This document shows positions 33,217-54,990 of a stretch of 64,000 bases of DNA, in pieces. The position numbers were made by a program, and so were the translations under genes. The notes under the pieces were generated by a model that did no database searches, was not told where the DNA came from, and saw nothing but the letters and a program-made list of their open reading frames with translations. Position 1 is the first letter of the stretch. Every line of letters starts with the position of its first letter. The stretch is from the human T2T-CHM13v2.0 reference genome, Homo sapiens, in NCBI RefSeq assembly GCF_009914755.1, contig NC_060943.1; one strand, written 5' to 3'.

Positions 33217-35103
33217 TTATCCTGCAGATGTAGTTGCACAGCTGTGGAAGGACTTACTTACAAGGTTAATCATTGTTGTTTGTGAAAGCAGCAGATTAGA
33301 AACAACCCAGACTCCACCAACGGGTAATGGTTACATAACTTGTGGTATATCCATCCATGGATTACTACACAGCACTAAAAAAGAATGAGAACTTTGGGAA
33401 GCCGAGGCGGGCAGATCACAAGGTCAGGAGATCAAGACCATCCTGGCTCACATGGTGAAACCCTGTCACTACTAAAAATACAAAAAATTAGCCAGGCATG
33501 GTGGCAGGCACCTGTAGTCCCAGCTACTCGGGAGGCTGAGGCAGGAGAATGGTGTGAACTCAGGAGGCGTAGCTTGCAGCGAGCCAAGATCGTGCTACTG
33601 CACTCCAGCCTGGGCGACAGAGTGAGACTCCATCCTAAACAAACAAAAAAAAAAGAATAAGAACAAGTCTAGGAACTATTTTGAAAGATCTCTCAAACAC
33701 ATTTTTAAGTTAAAAAAGCAAAATGCAAAACTGTACATAATATGCTGTATTATCTATAAAATAGAGCAAATAAGAATTATAGGTATGCTTACTTGTACTC
33801 ATATAAAGAAACTCTAGAAGAATACCAAGAACTGTGGATGAGGGTAGAATAGTGAATGGAAACTGACTGATTAGACTAAAGAGGTGGGAGTAAGACCTTT
33901 TATGTATCGCTTTACATTATTTGACTTTAGGACCATGTGGATGTTTGCATATTCAAATAATTAATTCTTAAAAAGAAGATGAAAATAGAAGGTGGGCGCA
34001 GTGGCTCACACCTGTAATCCCAGCACTTCGAGAGGCTGAGGTGGGTGGATCACTTGAGGTCAAGAGTTTGAGACCAGCTTGGCCAACATGGTGAAACCCC
34101 GTCTCTACTAAAAATACATAAATTAGCCAGGCATGCTCGTGGGTGCCTGTAGTCCCAGCTACTCGGGAGACTGAGGCAGAAGAATCACTTAAACCTGGGG
34201 TGGCGGAGGTCGCAGTGAGCCGAGATCATGCCACTGTACTCCAGCCTGGGTGACAGATTGAGACTCCATCTCAAAAAAAAAAAAAGAAAGAAAATTAAGC
34301 AATAGTCCCAACATACTAAACGCATTTGTTTCTCTCCTCAAAGGAAAAATTAGAGGGCGAGTTATAGAGGGTCTTGAGGTTGTGTGAGTCAGGATGGCCT
34401 AGGTTTTGCTGTAATAATGAACAGCCCTCAAATCTCAGTGGCTGAACTCATTGAATTTTATTTCTTGCTCACTTACACAGCCACCACGGGATGTTGGGGG
34501 AGTACTGTTTATCTGAGTCATTCTGGGACCCAGGAGGATGGGCATTCAGCCCAACGTAATTACCATATCTGGCAGCGGTGGCTGCGAAGGCTTCTCCTTG
34601 GATGCGATGCCGCAGCTCCCTCCCACTCACACTTGATTGGCCAAAGCAAGTCACATGACACTGCTTACCTGCAAGGGGGCAGGGAGGTGCAACGCTACTA
34701 AGTGCCCGGGAGAGGGAGAACTGCAATTTCTTGGCAAGCGGCAAAAGATAACCACAGGGTACTGTTTCATCAAGGGCCGCCCAAAGCCCTGTCTGAATAT
34801 GGGGCTCGTGTTTCCCCTGCTATGTAGTTACACAGGCCTCCTGCAGCTTAGTTTCAGCTTTTCTAGTTTTTCATGGCTCCCAGAGGGAATATTTTCTATG
34901 CCGTATAGCCTCTTTTCACATGAAGCCATTTTGGGGTGTTATAGTAACAGCTGGTGACTTGATTTTATTTATGTTGCTATGTGCTGAAAGCTTTATGAAT
35001 GTTCTGGCTGTGCCAGTTACTAGCTGTGGGACATGGAACAAGTTATGAACAACCTATTTACCTTCTCCAACCCTTAGTTCATTTATCTGTAAAATGGGGA
35101 TAA

Positions 35104-35571
<468 letters not shown>

Positions 35572-36289
35572 TAGCTATTATTTTTATTCCTTCAATTTTT
35601 TCTTTGGGGCAGTCTGGAGAACAGTTTCATGTGAACATTCTGATCACATGGAAAAGGGAAGGTTTACTCACGTGTCGGAAGAGGTGTGAATGGAAAGTAG
35701 TAAAGGCATGGTTTCTGATGTTCATGTTTGTGGAATCTGTCGTCTATGGCAGATGCTTCCCCGTGCTACCAATTTGTGTGTCTGAAAGGACACCCGTACA
35801 TTCATTTGCATCCTCAAAATCTGTTCCTCCGTGGGTTTCTCCATCTCTGCAAAATGCACTGCTGTCCACTGTGTGCCTAAGCCAGCCCTGTTTGGTCAAT
35901 TTTTTGAAGGCTGTAGGGTAGAGTGGTCAGGAACAAGAAGCCCTGGACCCAAGCTGTCAGGGTTCAAATCCCAGCTCACCTGGTATTGCAAATCGCATGG
36001 GTGACTCCAGGCAAGCAACTGAAGCCGTGTGTGCCTCGGTGTCCTCATCTGAAAAAGGGGAATGAGAATCATAGTATCTATCTTACAGGGATATTGTAAG
36101 GATGAAAGATTAGCTGTTGGAACTGTGCCTGGTGCAGAGAAACTACTTCATGTGTGCTTTGCACACCCGAAACCTTCTTTTTTATATTTGTTTATCCTTG
36201 GCCTGGGGGCTGTCTCCTCTCACTCAGTGGTGTGTCTCATTTGTTCTCCTCTGTGCCTGAGCCAGCACATGGCACATCATATTTTCTCA

Positions 36290-36616
<327 letters not shown>

Positions 36617-36754
36617 TCACCCTGCCCCTTAAAATGCCGCCCATGCATGTTCTCCCACCTACTGCTTTTGTTTCCAATCATTCCTAATGGCCCGGATCCA
36701 TTGGATCCCAGCATCACTGCTTGTTAGCGCAGTGGCCTTGGGCAAGTCACTCCT

Positions 36755-37170
36755 CTGGTGCAGATGGGGGTCCCTAAGACCACCCTCAGTTTCCATGATT
36801 CACTAGAAGGAATCACAGAACTGAGAAAAATTGTTATAGTCAAGGCTACAGTTTATTACAGCAAAAGGATACAGAGTAAAATCAGCAAAGGCAAGAGCCA
36901 CACAAGGCGACCCCATCAGTCTCTCTGATTCCTTAATTATCTAACAGCAGCACATAGGGCAGAGGCCAAGAGAGACCAGCATGAGCTGCCAGATGTCGTC
37001 TCTCAGTGAAGTCCCATGGACAGTGCTCAGTTCTCCCAGCAATGACATGTGACAACAATGATGTATTGCTAGCCAGGGACACTTACTTGGGCCTTGGTGT
37101 CCAGGGTTGTTATTGGGGTCAGCCATGTAGACTTGTGCTGAATACTGCTGAGAGATCGAGACAGACGGTA
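36755..37170. mobile_element. MER21-like ERVL LTR fragment
   Basis: GGGGTCCCTAAGACCACCCTCAG..GATTCACTAGAAGGA..GTTTATTACAGCAAAAGGATACAG. Confidence 0.7.
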
Positions 37171-38207
37171 AGAACGGCTGAGAGCTGATGCACGCCAGGT
37201 GTCCTTCCATGCGTTGGCCAGGAGTGATCTCATTTTAGCCCATCCATGACCCTGTTAAATAGACATCTCCATTTTTCCAGACAAGGAACCAAGGCTCATT
37301 GAGGAGAGGTCACTTGCCTGAAGTCCCACGGCTAATAGGCAAATCCAGGAGTCTGATCCTTAAACCTCCACCCTTACAGATGTGGCCTTGGACATGGCTG
37401 CACACCCTCGCGTGAGTTCACTCACTCAGGATGTATTGAGCCATTGTTCCAGGGCAGGTAGCATTCAAAGCATCAGGGGTGCTGTTATAGGCAAGGCTAC
37501 AGTTTATTACAGCAGAAGGACACGGAATAAAATCAGCAAAGGGAAGAGCCACATAGGGCAGAGGCCAGGAGAGACCATCCCGAAGGGGAACATCCCTGTG
37601 CTTGTGGGGCTTCCATCTTAAGGAGGGCAAGCAGGCAATGGGCAGATCAGGAAACGAAGATATGACTTGCCAAAGGGTGGTAAGTGCCATGGCCAAAAGG
37701 AGCCAGAGAGAGATGGGGTGTCTGCTTAGTTGGGAAGTCACAGAAGACCGGGACGTGATGTTTGAACAGAGACGATAATTATAATGGCCACTTTCAGAAC
37801 ACTTACTATTTGTTGGATAAGTAATAACAGTAATATATGTACCAGGCAATGTTCTAAATGCTTGAATGCATCTCATCTTTCCAATCACAGAGATGCTCTT
37901 ATTATCATCACTTTACAAATGAAAGGGAGGTTAGGGAAGTTGGCAGAAGGCACACAGCCAGGAAGCAGGGGCTCCAGGATCTCAGCCCAGGGATCTTGGC
38001 CTCAGAGGCTATGCTTTTCACCACTGTCCTGCCTCTCAGTGCATGGAGAAATGAATGTTCAGTGCCTAGAAGGGATAATCAGGGAATATGGAGGTTAAGG
38101 AGGCAACTGAGGCACAGAGAGGTTAAATCACAGGGTTCAGAAGTGTTGGGGGTGGGACTCAAAGCTAAATGATCTGCCTCCACAATCTAAGCTCATTACC
38201 ACCAGAC

Positions 38208-38392
38208 CAGTCATCCTTAAGCATGCATAGGAGTCCCCTGGAGGGCTTGTCAAACTAGATTGCTGGGGCCCGCCCCCAGAGTTTCAGACTCAGTGGGTCT
38301 GAGGTGGCCCCGAGAAGGTGCATTTCTGTCCAGGTCCCAAGAACCGATGGTGATGCTGCTGGTCCAGGGCCCACATTTTGAGACCCACTGCC
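38208..38392. mobile_element. MER5A DNA transposon
   Basis: CCTGGAGGGCTTGT..AGATTGCTGG..CCCCAGAGTTTC.GACTCAGT.GGTCTG..TTTGAGACCCACTG. Confidence 0.75.
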
Positions 38393-38722
38393 CTAGACTG
38401 CCTCTCAGCACACGGAGGAATGAATAGCCAGCTTCCGGCGGAGGAAACTGAGGCTCAGAGAAGCTAAAAGTGTCATGTGGAAAAAATCACATAGCCGTTA
38501 GACTGTGGTACCTGGATCTCAAACCCAGGCAATCCGGCTCCAGAGTGTTTTTAACCATTTCCCTGCACTGCCTCCTGCCGGTCAAAAGAATAAATGCATA
38601 TGCAGGCAAGAATGAATGGGTGGTCCCATTTCCGTAGAAGGGGAAACCGAGGTCGGGGAGCTGGGCGGGGAGACCCCAGCATCCTCTGACCTCTTTCCTT
38701 GCCTCCCTGCCCCCGCCCGCAG

Positions 38723-40897
38723 GTGAAGCTGGTGTTCGTGGAGGACCAGGCTGTGGTGGAGACGGTGTTCTTCCTGACGTCGCGCACCAGGGCGCTGCTG
38801 CGGCGCTTCCCTCGCATGCTGCTGGTGGACCGGCTGCCGGGGCTGCAGGGCGCGCTGGATCTGCTGGCCGTGCTGTGCGTGGACGGCTCGGGCCGTGCGC
38901 GCCAGGCTGCCTGCTGCGTGGCGCGCCCGGGCACACCGAGCCTGCTGCGCTTCGCGCTCGCGTCGCTGCTGCAGAGCGCGCCAGACGTCAAGGGCCGCGT
39001 GCGCTGCCTCACCGCCGGGCCCGAGGTGGCGGCGCAGTTGCCTGCAGTGCGCCAGCTGCTGCCCTGCGCGCGCGTGCAGATCTGCCGCGCGCAGGGCCTG
39101 GAGACGCTCTTCAGCAAGGCGCAGGAGCTGGGCGGCGCCGGCCGCGAGGACCCGGGCCTGTGGTCGCGCCTGTGCCGCCTGGCTGGCGCGTCGTCGCCCG
39201 CAGCCTACGACGAGGCGCTGGCCGAGCTCCACGCCCACGGCCCAGCCGCCTTCGTGGACTACTTCGAGCGCAACTGGGAGCCCCGCCGCGACATGTGGGT
39301 CCGCTTCCGCGCCTTCGAGGCGGCCAGAGACCTGGACGCGTGTGCCCTGGTGCGAGGCCACCGCCGGCGACTGCTGCGTCGTCTCAGCCCCTCGCGTGGC
39401 GTGGCGCAGTGCCTTCGCGACCTGGTGGCCATGCAGTGGGCCGACGCGGCCGGGGAGGCGGTGCCCGAGGGGCCCGATGGCGGGGGGCCTTGGCTGGAGG
39501 ATGAGCCAGGGAGGGGAGCCCAGGGGGAGAACGAGAGGGTGAGGGGCCTGGAGACAGGCGACTGGGGAGGGGCTCCGAAAGAAGGAAGTATTTGGAGGGG
39601 AGCCCAGATGGAGAAGGAGTGGGCAAGGGCACTGGAAACCAGAGACTGGGGCGGGGCTCAGTTCGAAGGTGAGAAGGGGAGGGCACTGCAGATCAGAGAT
39701 TGGAGAGGGGGTCGGTTGGAGAATCAGAAGCCGAGGGGACTGGAAGGGGGTGTCTTGAGAGGGTCGAAGTTAGAGAAAGGGCACCTGAGAGGGCCAGAGA
39801 TTAGAGACTGGAGGGGGCCCCAGTTGGAGGGTGAGAAAGATTGGGGACTGGAAGGTTATGTCTGGAGGGGGTCCCAGTTGGAGGACCAGGCGCTAAGAGG
39901 ATTGGAAGGGTATACCTGGAGGGTGGCCCAGCTGGAAGATCGCAGGAGTACCACCGACCTGAGGGGGACCCAGTTTGACTATGAGAGGGTCAGGAGTCTT
40001 GAAGGAAGCCCCTGGAGGGGGGCGCAGCTGCACGATGAAAGGGCAGGGGGACTGAGAACTGCAGAATGGAAGGGGCCACAGTCAGAAGTAGAGAAGGGGA
40101 GGGGGCTGGAGGTCAGAAACTTGAGGGGGATCCCCTTGGAGAAGTCCCTGGAGTTGGCCCCTGAGAACGGAGACCAAAGGGGACCCCAGTGGGAAGATGA
40201 GAGGAGGAGAGGGCCAGAGATTGCAGAGGAGAGGGGAGCGAGGGTGGGGGTCAAAAGAAGAAGGGGCCTGGAGGATATAGTTCTGGTCCAGCTGGGAGAC
40301 ACGAGGGTCACAGGCATGGAGAATGGAGATGGAGGGGGAGCCCGGTCCGTGGGCCCCAAGAGCCGAGCCGGACGAGGGATGGAGTGGGGAGACGCAGGAG
40401 GGCGGTGTCTAGGGCTGGGGAATGGAGTCGTGTCTGGCACCCCGGTGGGGACTGTATTGGAAGGCAGCCCAGAATGGGCAGCGGCGAGGAGTGAACACCT
40501 GGCTGCAGGTGACGGCCTGCAGGAAGGAGGCGAAGATGGCCCCAGGGAACCAAAGAGGCTTTGCCGACCCCCGGGAGAGGAGGAGGTGGACTGGGAACCC
40601 CTGGCCAAATTCCGAGCAGCCTGCGGGCCAGAGCTGGCAGACCTGGTGGCTGAGGAGTTGGCCTTTGCTAGGCAGCATGGGACCCGGGGTTTCCACTGGA
40701 CCGGAGCTGGCTTTGCCCTTAAGGACGGCACCTCGGACTTCTTCCTGGATGGGGCCCTGACACGCTGCAGCTGCTCAATTCACGCCGCCCGCCGTCTGCC
40801 CTGCAGACACCTCTTTGCAGCGCGCCTCCTCACTGGGGCTGCCTTATTCCACATGGACCTGCTCAGGGATTGCTGGGGGAGAGCCCCAGAGCCCTGA
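38723..40897 (+). CDS. ZSWIM9: ZSWIM9 exon 4 coding part (aa 197-920): MULE/RNase H-like core, 18-aa repeat region, SWIM zinc finger
   Basis: Acceptor CCCCGCCCGCAG|GTG at 38723 within the 732-aa ORF 38699..40897. SWIM motif CSCSIHAARRLPCRH at 40766-40810. Total 920 aa. Confidence 0.93.
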   Translation: MKLVFVEDQAVVETVFFLTSRTRALLRRFPRMLLVDRLPGLQGALDLLAVLCVDGSGRARQAACCVARPGTPSLLRFALASLLQSAPDVKGRVRCLTAGPEVAAQLPAVRQLLPCARVQICRAQGLETLFSKAQELGGAGREDPGLWSRLCRLAGASSPAAYDEALAELHAHGPAAFVDYFERNWEPRRDMWVRFRAFEAARDLDACALVRGHRRRLLRRLSPSRGVAQCLRDLVAMQWADAAGEAVPEGPDGGGPWLEDEPGRGAQGENERVRGLETGDWGGAPKEGSIWRGAQMEKEWARALETRDWGGAQFEGEKGRALQIRDWRGGRLENQKPRGLEGGVLRGSKLEKGHLRGPEIRDWRGPQLEGEKDWGLEGYVWRGSQLEDQALRGLEGYTWRVAQLEDRRSTTDLRGTQFDYERVRSLEGSPWRGAQLHDERAGGLRTAEWKGPQSEVEKGRGLEVRNLRGIPLEKSLELAPENGDQRGPQWEDERRRGPEIAEERGARVGVKRRRGLEDIVLVQLGDTRVTGMENGDGGGARSVGPKSRAGRGMEWGDAGGRCLGLGNGVVSGTPVGTVLEGSPEWAAARSEHLAAGDGLQEGGEDGPREPKRLCRPPGEEEVDWEPLAKFRAACGPELADLVAEELAFARQHGTRGFHWTGAGFALKDGTSDFFLDGALTRCSCSIHAARRLPCRHLFAARLLTGAALFHMDLLRDCWGRAPEP

Positions 40898-41669
40898 CCC
40901 TTCATGCCTCTGCCCACCACCCTCCACCAGGAGGGTCGGAGGGCATTCTTCGATCCCAAAGATAATAGGGCTGAGGCCAAGGAGACCGTTGCAGTCCCCC
41001 TGGCCACCTTCTGGGTCATCCAGGGACCTCCTCATGGCAGTTTGCCTCTCTGGGTCCAAGGGCAAGCTGTAAGTGGTCTCTGAGGTCCTGGAGCCACAGC
41101 TTGGGAAGGTGTTGATGGGCAGGGTGGATTCTGAGGGCTTCCCTCTGGAGAGGAAGCATGTGATGAGAGGTGTAGACAGGGTCAGGCTGGGACAGAAGGA
41201 AGGAAAGGGGCAGAGCTGGGGGGAGGGGGAGGAAGCGATCATATGGGGAGTGTCTGGCAAGAGTAGACTGGCCAGTCTAGGGAGTGCAGCGGGGAGAGGG
41301 GAAAGGGAGAAAGTACAGAAGACAGATGAAGGAGAGGAGGTAAGCGAGAAAAAATGGAAAGGGGAGCCGGAAATGGAGGAGAGAGGACAAGCAAAGAGAC
41401 AGAAATGAAGACATGAGGAAAAGCTGGGGGAAGCAGGAGAGGAAGGGACGGGATGTAGGAGGGGGAAGAAAAATCGGAGATGAGACAAAAGAAATGTGTG
41501 GGAGACGGGTAGAGACGAAATGCAAGGGGCGTGGTTTTGGTTTTTCTCCAAGACCTGGAGACATCGACCCCCATCGCCTTCTGAAGAGAGAGGGAGGGCG
41601 GGCACTGGGGGTCAGGAGAGTCTCCAGCAGGGGAGGGGAATTGTTTGGACTATTGTTCTTCAGGATTGG

Positions 41670-41675
41670 AATAAA
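41670..41675 (+). terminator. ZSWIM9 polyadenylation signal (3'UTR about 40898-41695)
   Basis: First AATAAA after the stop codon, followed by U/GU-rich sequence (TTATTTTGGTTTCCGTG). Confidence 0.75.
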
Positions 41676-42009
41676 ACAATCTTATTTTGGTTTCCGTGAT
41701 GAGTTCTTGGCTTCTGGGGTTGGTTGGGAGTCCCAGATCCAGGGAACAGTTGAGATGGTCCAGCGTTCCTTCATTCTTTCTACCGACAAGGCCTCCTGGG
41801 GCCAGATGGATAGAGGAGCCACAATGAATTCATCTCCATAGCAACTCAAGCTTCCTCCTCCATCATCTGGACCAGTGCGTCCCAGTGGCAACTTCTTGAC
41901 ATGAGTCGATTCTACCTTCAAATGACTGACTCATGCCAAATGTCCTGGCCACAGAATGGGCCTGTGACCCAGTCCTGGTCAACGAGTCTGCTCAGGTTGA
42001 GGTGGGAGG

Positions 42010-45840
<3,831 letters not shown>

Positions 45841-46569
45841 AGATGCCCATCTCTTAAAATAAAAAATAAAAAAAAAAAGAAAGAGAGAAAGGAAAGGAGG
45901 CAGGAGGGATCCTGGGAAGGCAAACAACAGCAATTGAGCGCAAACCAAATCCAAAACTTCTCCACTTGCCTGTTTTATCATTAGATTCTTAGATGTGGGC
46001 TATCTGGTTAGTGACGGGAAGCTGAATTAATTCATTAATTGATTCACCAAATAACACACAGAGCCCTGGGGTGGAAAAGAGCTCAGCCCGTAAGGTAAAG
46101 AGAAGATGGGCCAGTGTAGATGGGTCAGAGTGTGAGAGAGGGAGAGATTTGGACAGTGAAATCCACAAGCCCTTAAAGATAGAAGATGAGGTGAGTCTTT
46201 ATCCTGGGAGGTATGGGAAGCCTTCAAAAGGTTTTAAACAGAGAGTGGCTTGATTGGATGTACATTAGAATAACCACCTCCCCTACCCCAGAAGCTTTAC
46301 TGTGACAAATGGATTGGATGAGTCCAGACCAGGAAGAGACGTATGTGACCATAAACAAACAAATAAAAATAAATTTTAAAAAACAGGCAGAAGGATCTTC
46401 ACAGAACTGGACCTTGAAGAATGTGTTTGCCAGGAAAAGAGAATGAAGAAGTACGTTCCTATTGGAGGGAACTGCACGTATTACAGTATTTGGCCCTTCA
46501 GGAAGGCAAGAGGAAACTAAAGGTTAGTAAACCTTAACCCTCTATATGCCCCACATATATAGCTCACAG

Positions 46570-47261
<692 letters not shown>

Positions 47262-47939
47262 CAAGTCACATCAATCCCTCGGGCCCCTGCTCAAATGCCA
47301 CCTCTTCCTGAAAGCCATCCCTAAGTAGTCTCTCCAAAGAGCCATCCCTGCCCCTTTCTTTGCTTTATCCTTCACAGCACTTATCACTACCTGAAATTAT
47401 GCCACACAGCTATTTACCAGTTTGGCATTGTGATTAAGCTTATCAAGTATGAAGCCAGACTGCCTGGGTTCAAATCCCAGCTCCACTACTTCCTTGTCAT
47501 GTGACCTTCCAGCCTATGTTACAGTTGAGGGGTCATAATAGTACCTGTCTATAGGGCTTTGTGAGGATGAATGAATTAGTGTGTGTACCAGTGTTCTAAC
47601 ATTGCCTGCATTTCCATTTTTCCCAAAGCAGCCCAGTTACTTATTAACATACTGCTTTTTCCAGTGACACGTGTTCACAGTTATTAAGTCGATCTCCCGC
47701 CAAAATAGAAGCTCTATTTTGTTTTCCATTGTATCCCCAGTGCCTAGAACAGTGCCTGTTGCAAAGTAAGCTTTGAGTTAAAAAAAAAGATGAAAGAATG
47801 AAAATGGCAGACTGCCTAGCAGAACTAGCCCTTCCCGATGTTTCATTGTTGCTATAGTGACGATCCAGTCTGCACGAAGATCCCAGCTTCCTTAACCTTG
47901 TTCCTACCTCCAGCCAGCTCACCCATTGGCCACCTGTAT

Positions 47940-48350
47940 CTCCTGCTGTAGCAGCCAGAAAGCTACAACTCCCAACCGGCTGAGCGCCACCAGGGCTTTC
48001 GCGTCCAAGTCCCTTTGCTGAGTGTGAGGGCCTGCGCAGTAGAACCCGCGGGCCCAGAGCTCCATCTGAGCATGTGCAGGCTGCGGGGTGTTTCCTTCGT
48101 CTGCTGGCGGGAGAGGAGTGGGGAGGAGCTCTTTACCCGCTGAGCATTGTGGGGCCCGCTTGGATCTCCTTGTCCAAAGGGTCTGGGCGCCGGGGCTGCA
48201 GTCTCTGTGTGAGGAGGCGGACGCGGGAAACCTGCTTCGGTCTCCATGGTTACGAGCCGCTCAGCGCGCAGGAGGGGGATTCAAAGGTTGGCGTTGCCAC
48301 AGTAACCCTGGAGTGGAAGGAGACGGGGATTAGAGACCTCGCGGGAGAAA
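47940..48350. promoter_or_regulatory. Small CpG-rich promoter-like element between ZSWIM9 and CARD8
   Basis: Local CpG enrichment outside repeats. CTACAACTCCCA (ZNF143/SBS-like) at 47963-47974, TGCGCA (NRF1 half-site) near 48033, G-skewed sequence downstream on +. Confidence 0.6.
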
Positions 48351-49158
48351 TTAGACTAACAGCCTGGGAACTGGAGGGATGGAGGGTGTGCCGGAGGAAT
48401 CAGTCTGCAGTAAGGGGAGTTGGGGTGATATTAGGGGAAATGGGATGTTTTCAAGGACAGGGAGTGTTTTGATGAATTCCTATGTAATAAGGAGATTTGG
48501 GGAGATCATTGAAATCGACATGTTACTAGATACTTGGGATGCTCAAAGGGAAGTGGAAACGCAGTAGGATCCGCCCGCCTCAGCCTCCCAAAGCAGTAGG
48601 GAAAATTGGGGTATTAAGCTCTTTTGCCATTCTGCAGTTATTATAGAGCTCCTGCTGGAAGCCAGGCACAGTTGACAGTACTGGTAAACAGGACAGATGT
48701 GACTATAGACGGAATTGGGGTTTCATGGAGAAGGGGAGGTATAAGAAAAGGGGACTGTTGTCCTCTATGGGAGGGACTGGGAGGCGATTGGGAAGAACTG
48801 GCGCTGTAAAGAGAAGCTGGAAGTTTTATAAGGGAATTGAGGTATTATATAAGTTAATTCTGTTGTTATTTATAGAAGGCCAACTCAGTAGCAGCCTCTA
48901 GGAAGCACTGAGGATTCCTCAGTATGCAAAGGCATTTAGTGATAGAGTTACCAGATTTAGGGGGAAAGCAATGGCCAGTTAAATTCTAATTTCGGAAAAT
49001 GCATAATATTGTAGTTACTCTCTGTTGTTTATCTGAAATTCAAATTTAGCTGGGCATCCTGTATTTTATTTGGCAGCTCTCATTATGGTTAATTTAAGTG
49101 TTTGTGAAGAGTGGGTTATTATAGGGGAAACAGGTATTATAGAGTAATTGGGTTGTAG

Positions 49159-53385
<4,227 letters not shown>

Positions 53386-53389
53386 CTCA

Positions 53390-54990
53390 AACAAGCAAAT
53401 GCTGACACATTTGCAGGAAAATAGAATATAAGCCAAGAAATTTAAAATATAGAGAACAAAATGGAAATTTTAGAACTGATACATACAGTGACCAAAATTT
53501 AAAAGGTGGTGAATGCACTCAGTGGGACGACACAGATAACAACAGGTGAACACTCCAGCAAATTTGAAAATAGACAAATTAAAATTACCCAATCAGAATA
53601 ATGGAAAAAATGAAAAGATGTTCTAAATAAGTAGAATATCAGGGACATTTAGGAAAACATAAAAGTCTAACATTTCCACAATAAGAGTCTCAGAAGAGGA
53701 GGAAAAAAACAAAACATAATATTGATTGATTCAACATAAATACTATGGTTTATTTCTAGATGGCAAGGAAAATCACGTGTAAGAGGTTTCCATTTAAAAG
53801 AATTCCACTATTCATCAAAATTTTCATCTATTCTCAAGACTGTTGATTTCAAACTAGGTTTAGAGTAGCAAAGCATATGAATTTTACAGTAGAAGACATG
53901 AGAAGGATATAAAAGTTTGTTTTCTGTATTCTTTCAAAATTCTTATTTTGAAGGCCTTCTGGGCATATAAGCTATTGGAACTTGTCATCACTTAAACTAT
54001 TTCCTATAAAGATGAAAATCAGGCTAATAAAAAGTATTTTTAGAAATTAGGCTGAAAACCTCTAAGTTTGGTAAAAGACATAAAACTGCAAATTTATGAA
54101 TTGGAGCAAATTCCAAAGGGAATAAAACAAGGAAACTCATCCCCAACATAATGAAATGGCTAAAAACTAAAGATAAAGAAAAATACCTTGAAATCTGACA
54201 GAAAAATGACACACTACATACAGGGAAACAACAATTTGAATGACTGCAGATTTCTCATCAGGAAATACGTAAGCTAAAAGGAAACTGCTGAACAGAAAAC
54301 AATGTCAACTAAAAATACTACAAGCAAAAAACATCACTGAGAATGAAGGTGAGAAAAAGATGTCCTCAGAGGAAGCAAAAAATAAGAGAATCTGTACCTA
54401 TCAGAACCACTCTAAAAGAACTAAAAAACGTCTATCAGAGGAAGTGGAAATTTGCAGAACGAAATTTGGAAAATAATGAAGGAAGAGCAACAGAAATGGT
54501 AAATATCTGGAAAAACATAACAGATTACTCTTCTCATGAGTTTTTTAAATCTTCTGAGTGATTAAAAGTAGAAAATATATAATAATTTATTGATGGGTTT
54601 TAAGATACAGAAAGATTATGTAGAAGATAACTATATCCTAGATGAGAAAAGGTAATAGGATCTAAATGGTGATAAAGTGCCTAGATTCCACTTTAAGTGG
54701 TACAAATGTGATAACAGTAGAATAGAAAAGACATAACAAACTGGCTGACTGAGGATAAATCCTAACATATTAATCATTACATTAACGTAAGTAATTGAAA
54801 TCTTCCAGTTAAAAGAGACTATCAGAATGGGTTCAAAATACACCATAAAAAAAACTGACTCAACCAGATGGTGTCTACTAGGAACTTGTTTTAAACAGAT
54901 TAAACATAAAAGGATGGAAATATGTGTGCCACGAAAACATTAATCAAAAGACAGCTGAAATGGCTACAAAATGACAGAGTCTATGGTAGA
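53390..54990 (+). mobile_element. Decayed old L1M ORF1/ORF2-start region (antisense within CARD8 3'UTR)
   Basis: A-rich, with ATGGAAATTTTAGAACTG, GACTGCAGATTTCTCATCAG, AAAAGGATGGAAA motifs and many stops. Confidence 0.72.

Noticed and set aside
39626-40153. Regularly spaced repeats considered as a CRISPR-like array
   Set aside because: Eukaryotic coding tandem repeat with no repeat-spacer alternation and no cas genes.
38487-41605. Antisense and alternative-frame ORFs over ZSWIM9 exon 4 (e.g. 38582..39361, 38875..39504, 39979..40731, 40844..41605)
   Set aside because: Shadow ORFs caused by extreme GC3 and purine skew of the real exon and UTR.
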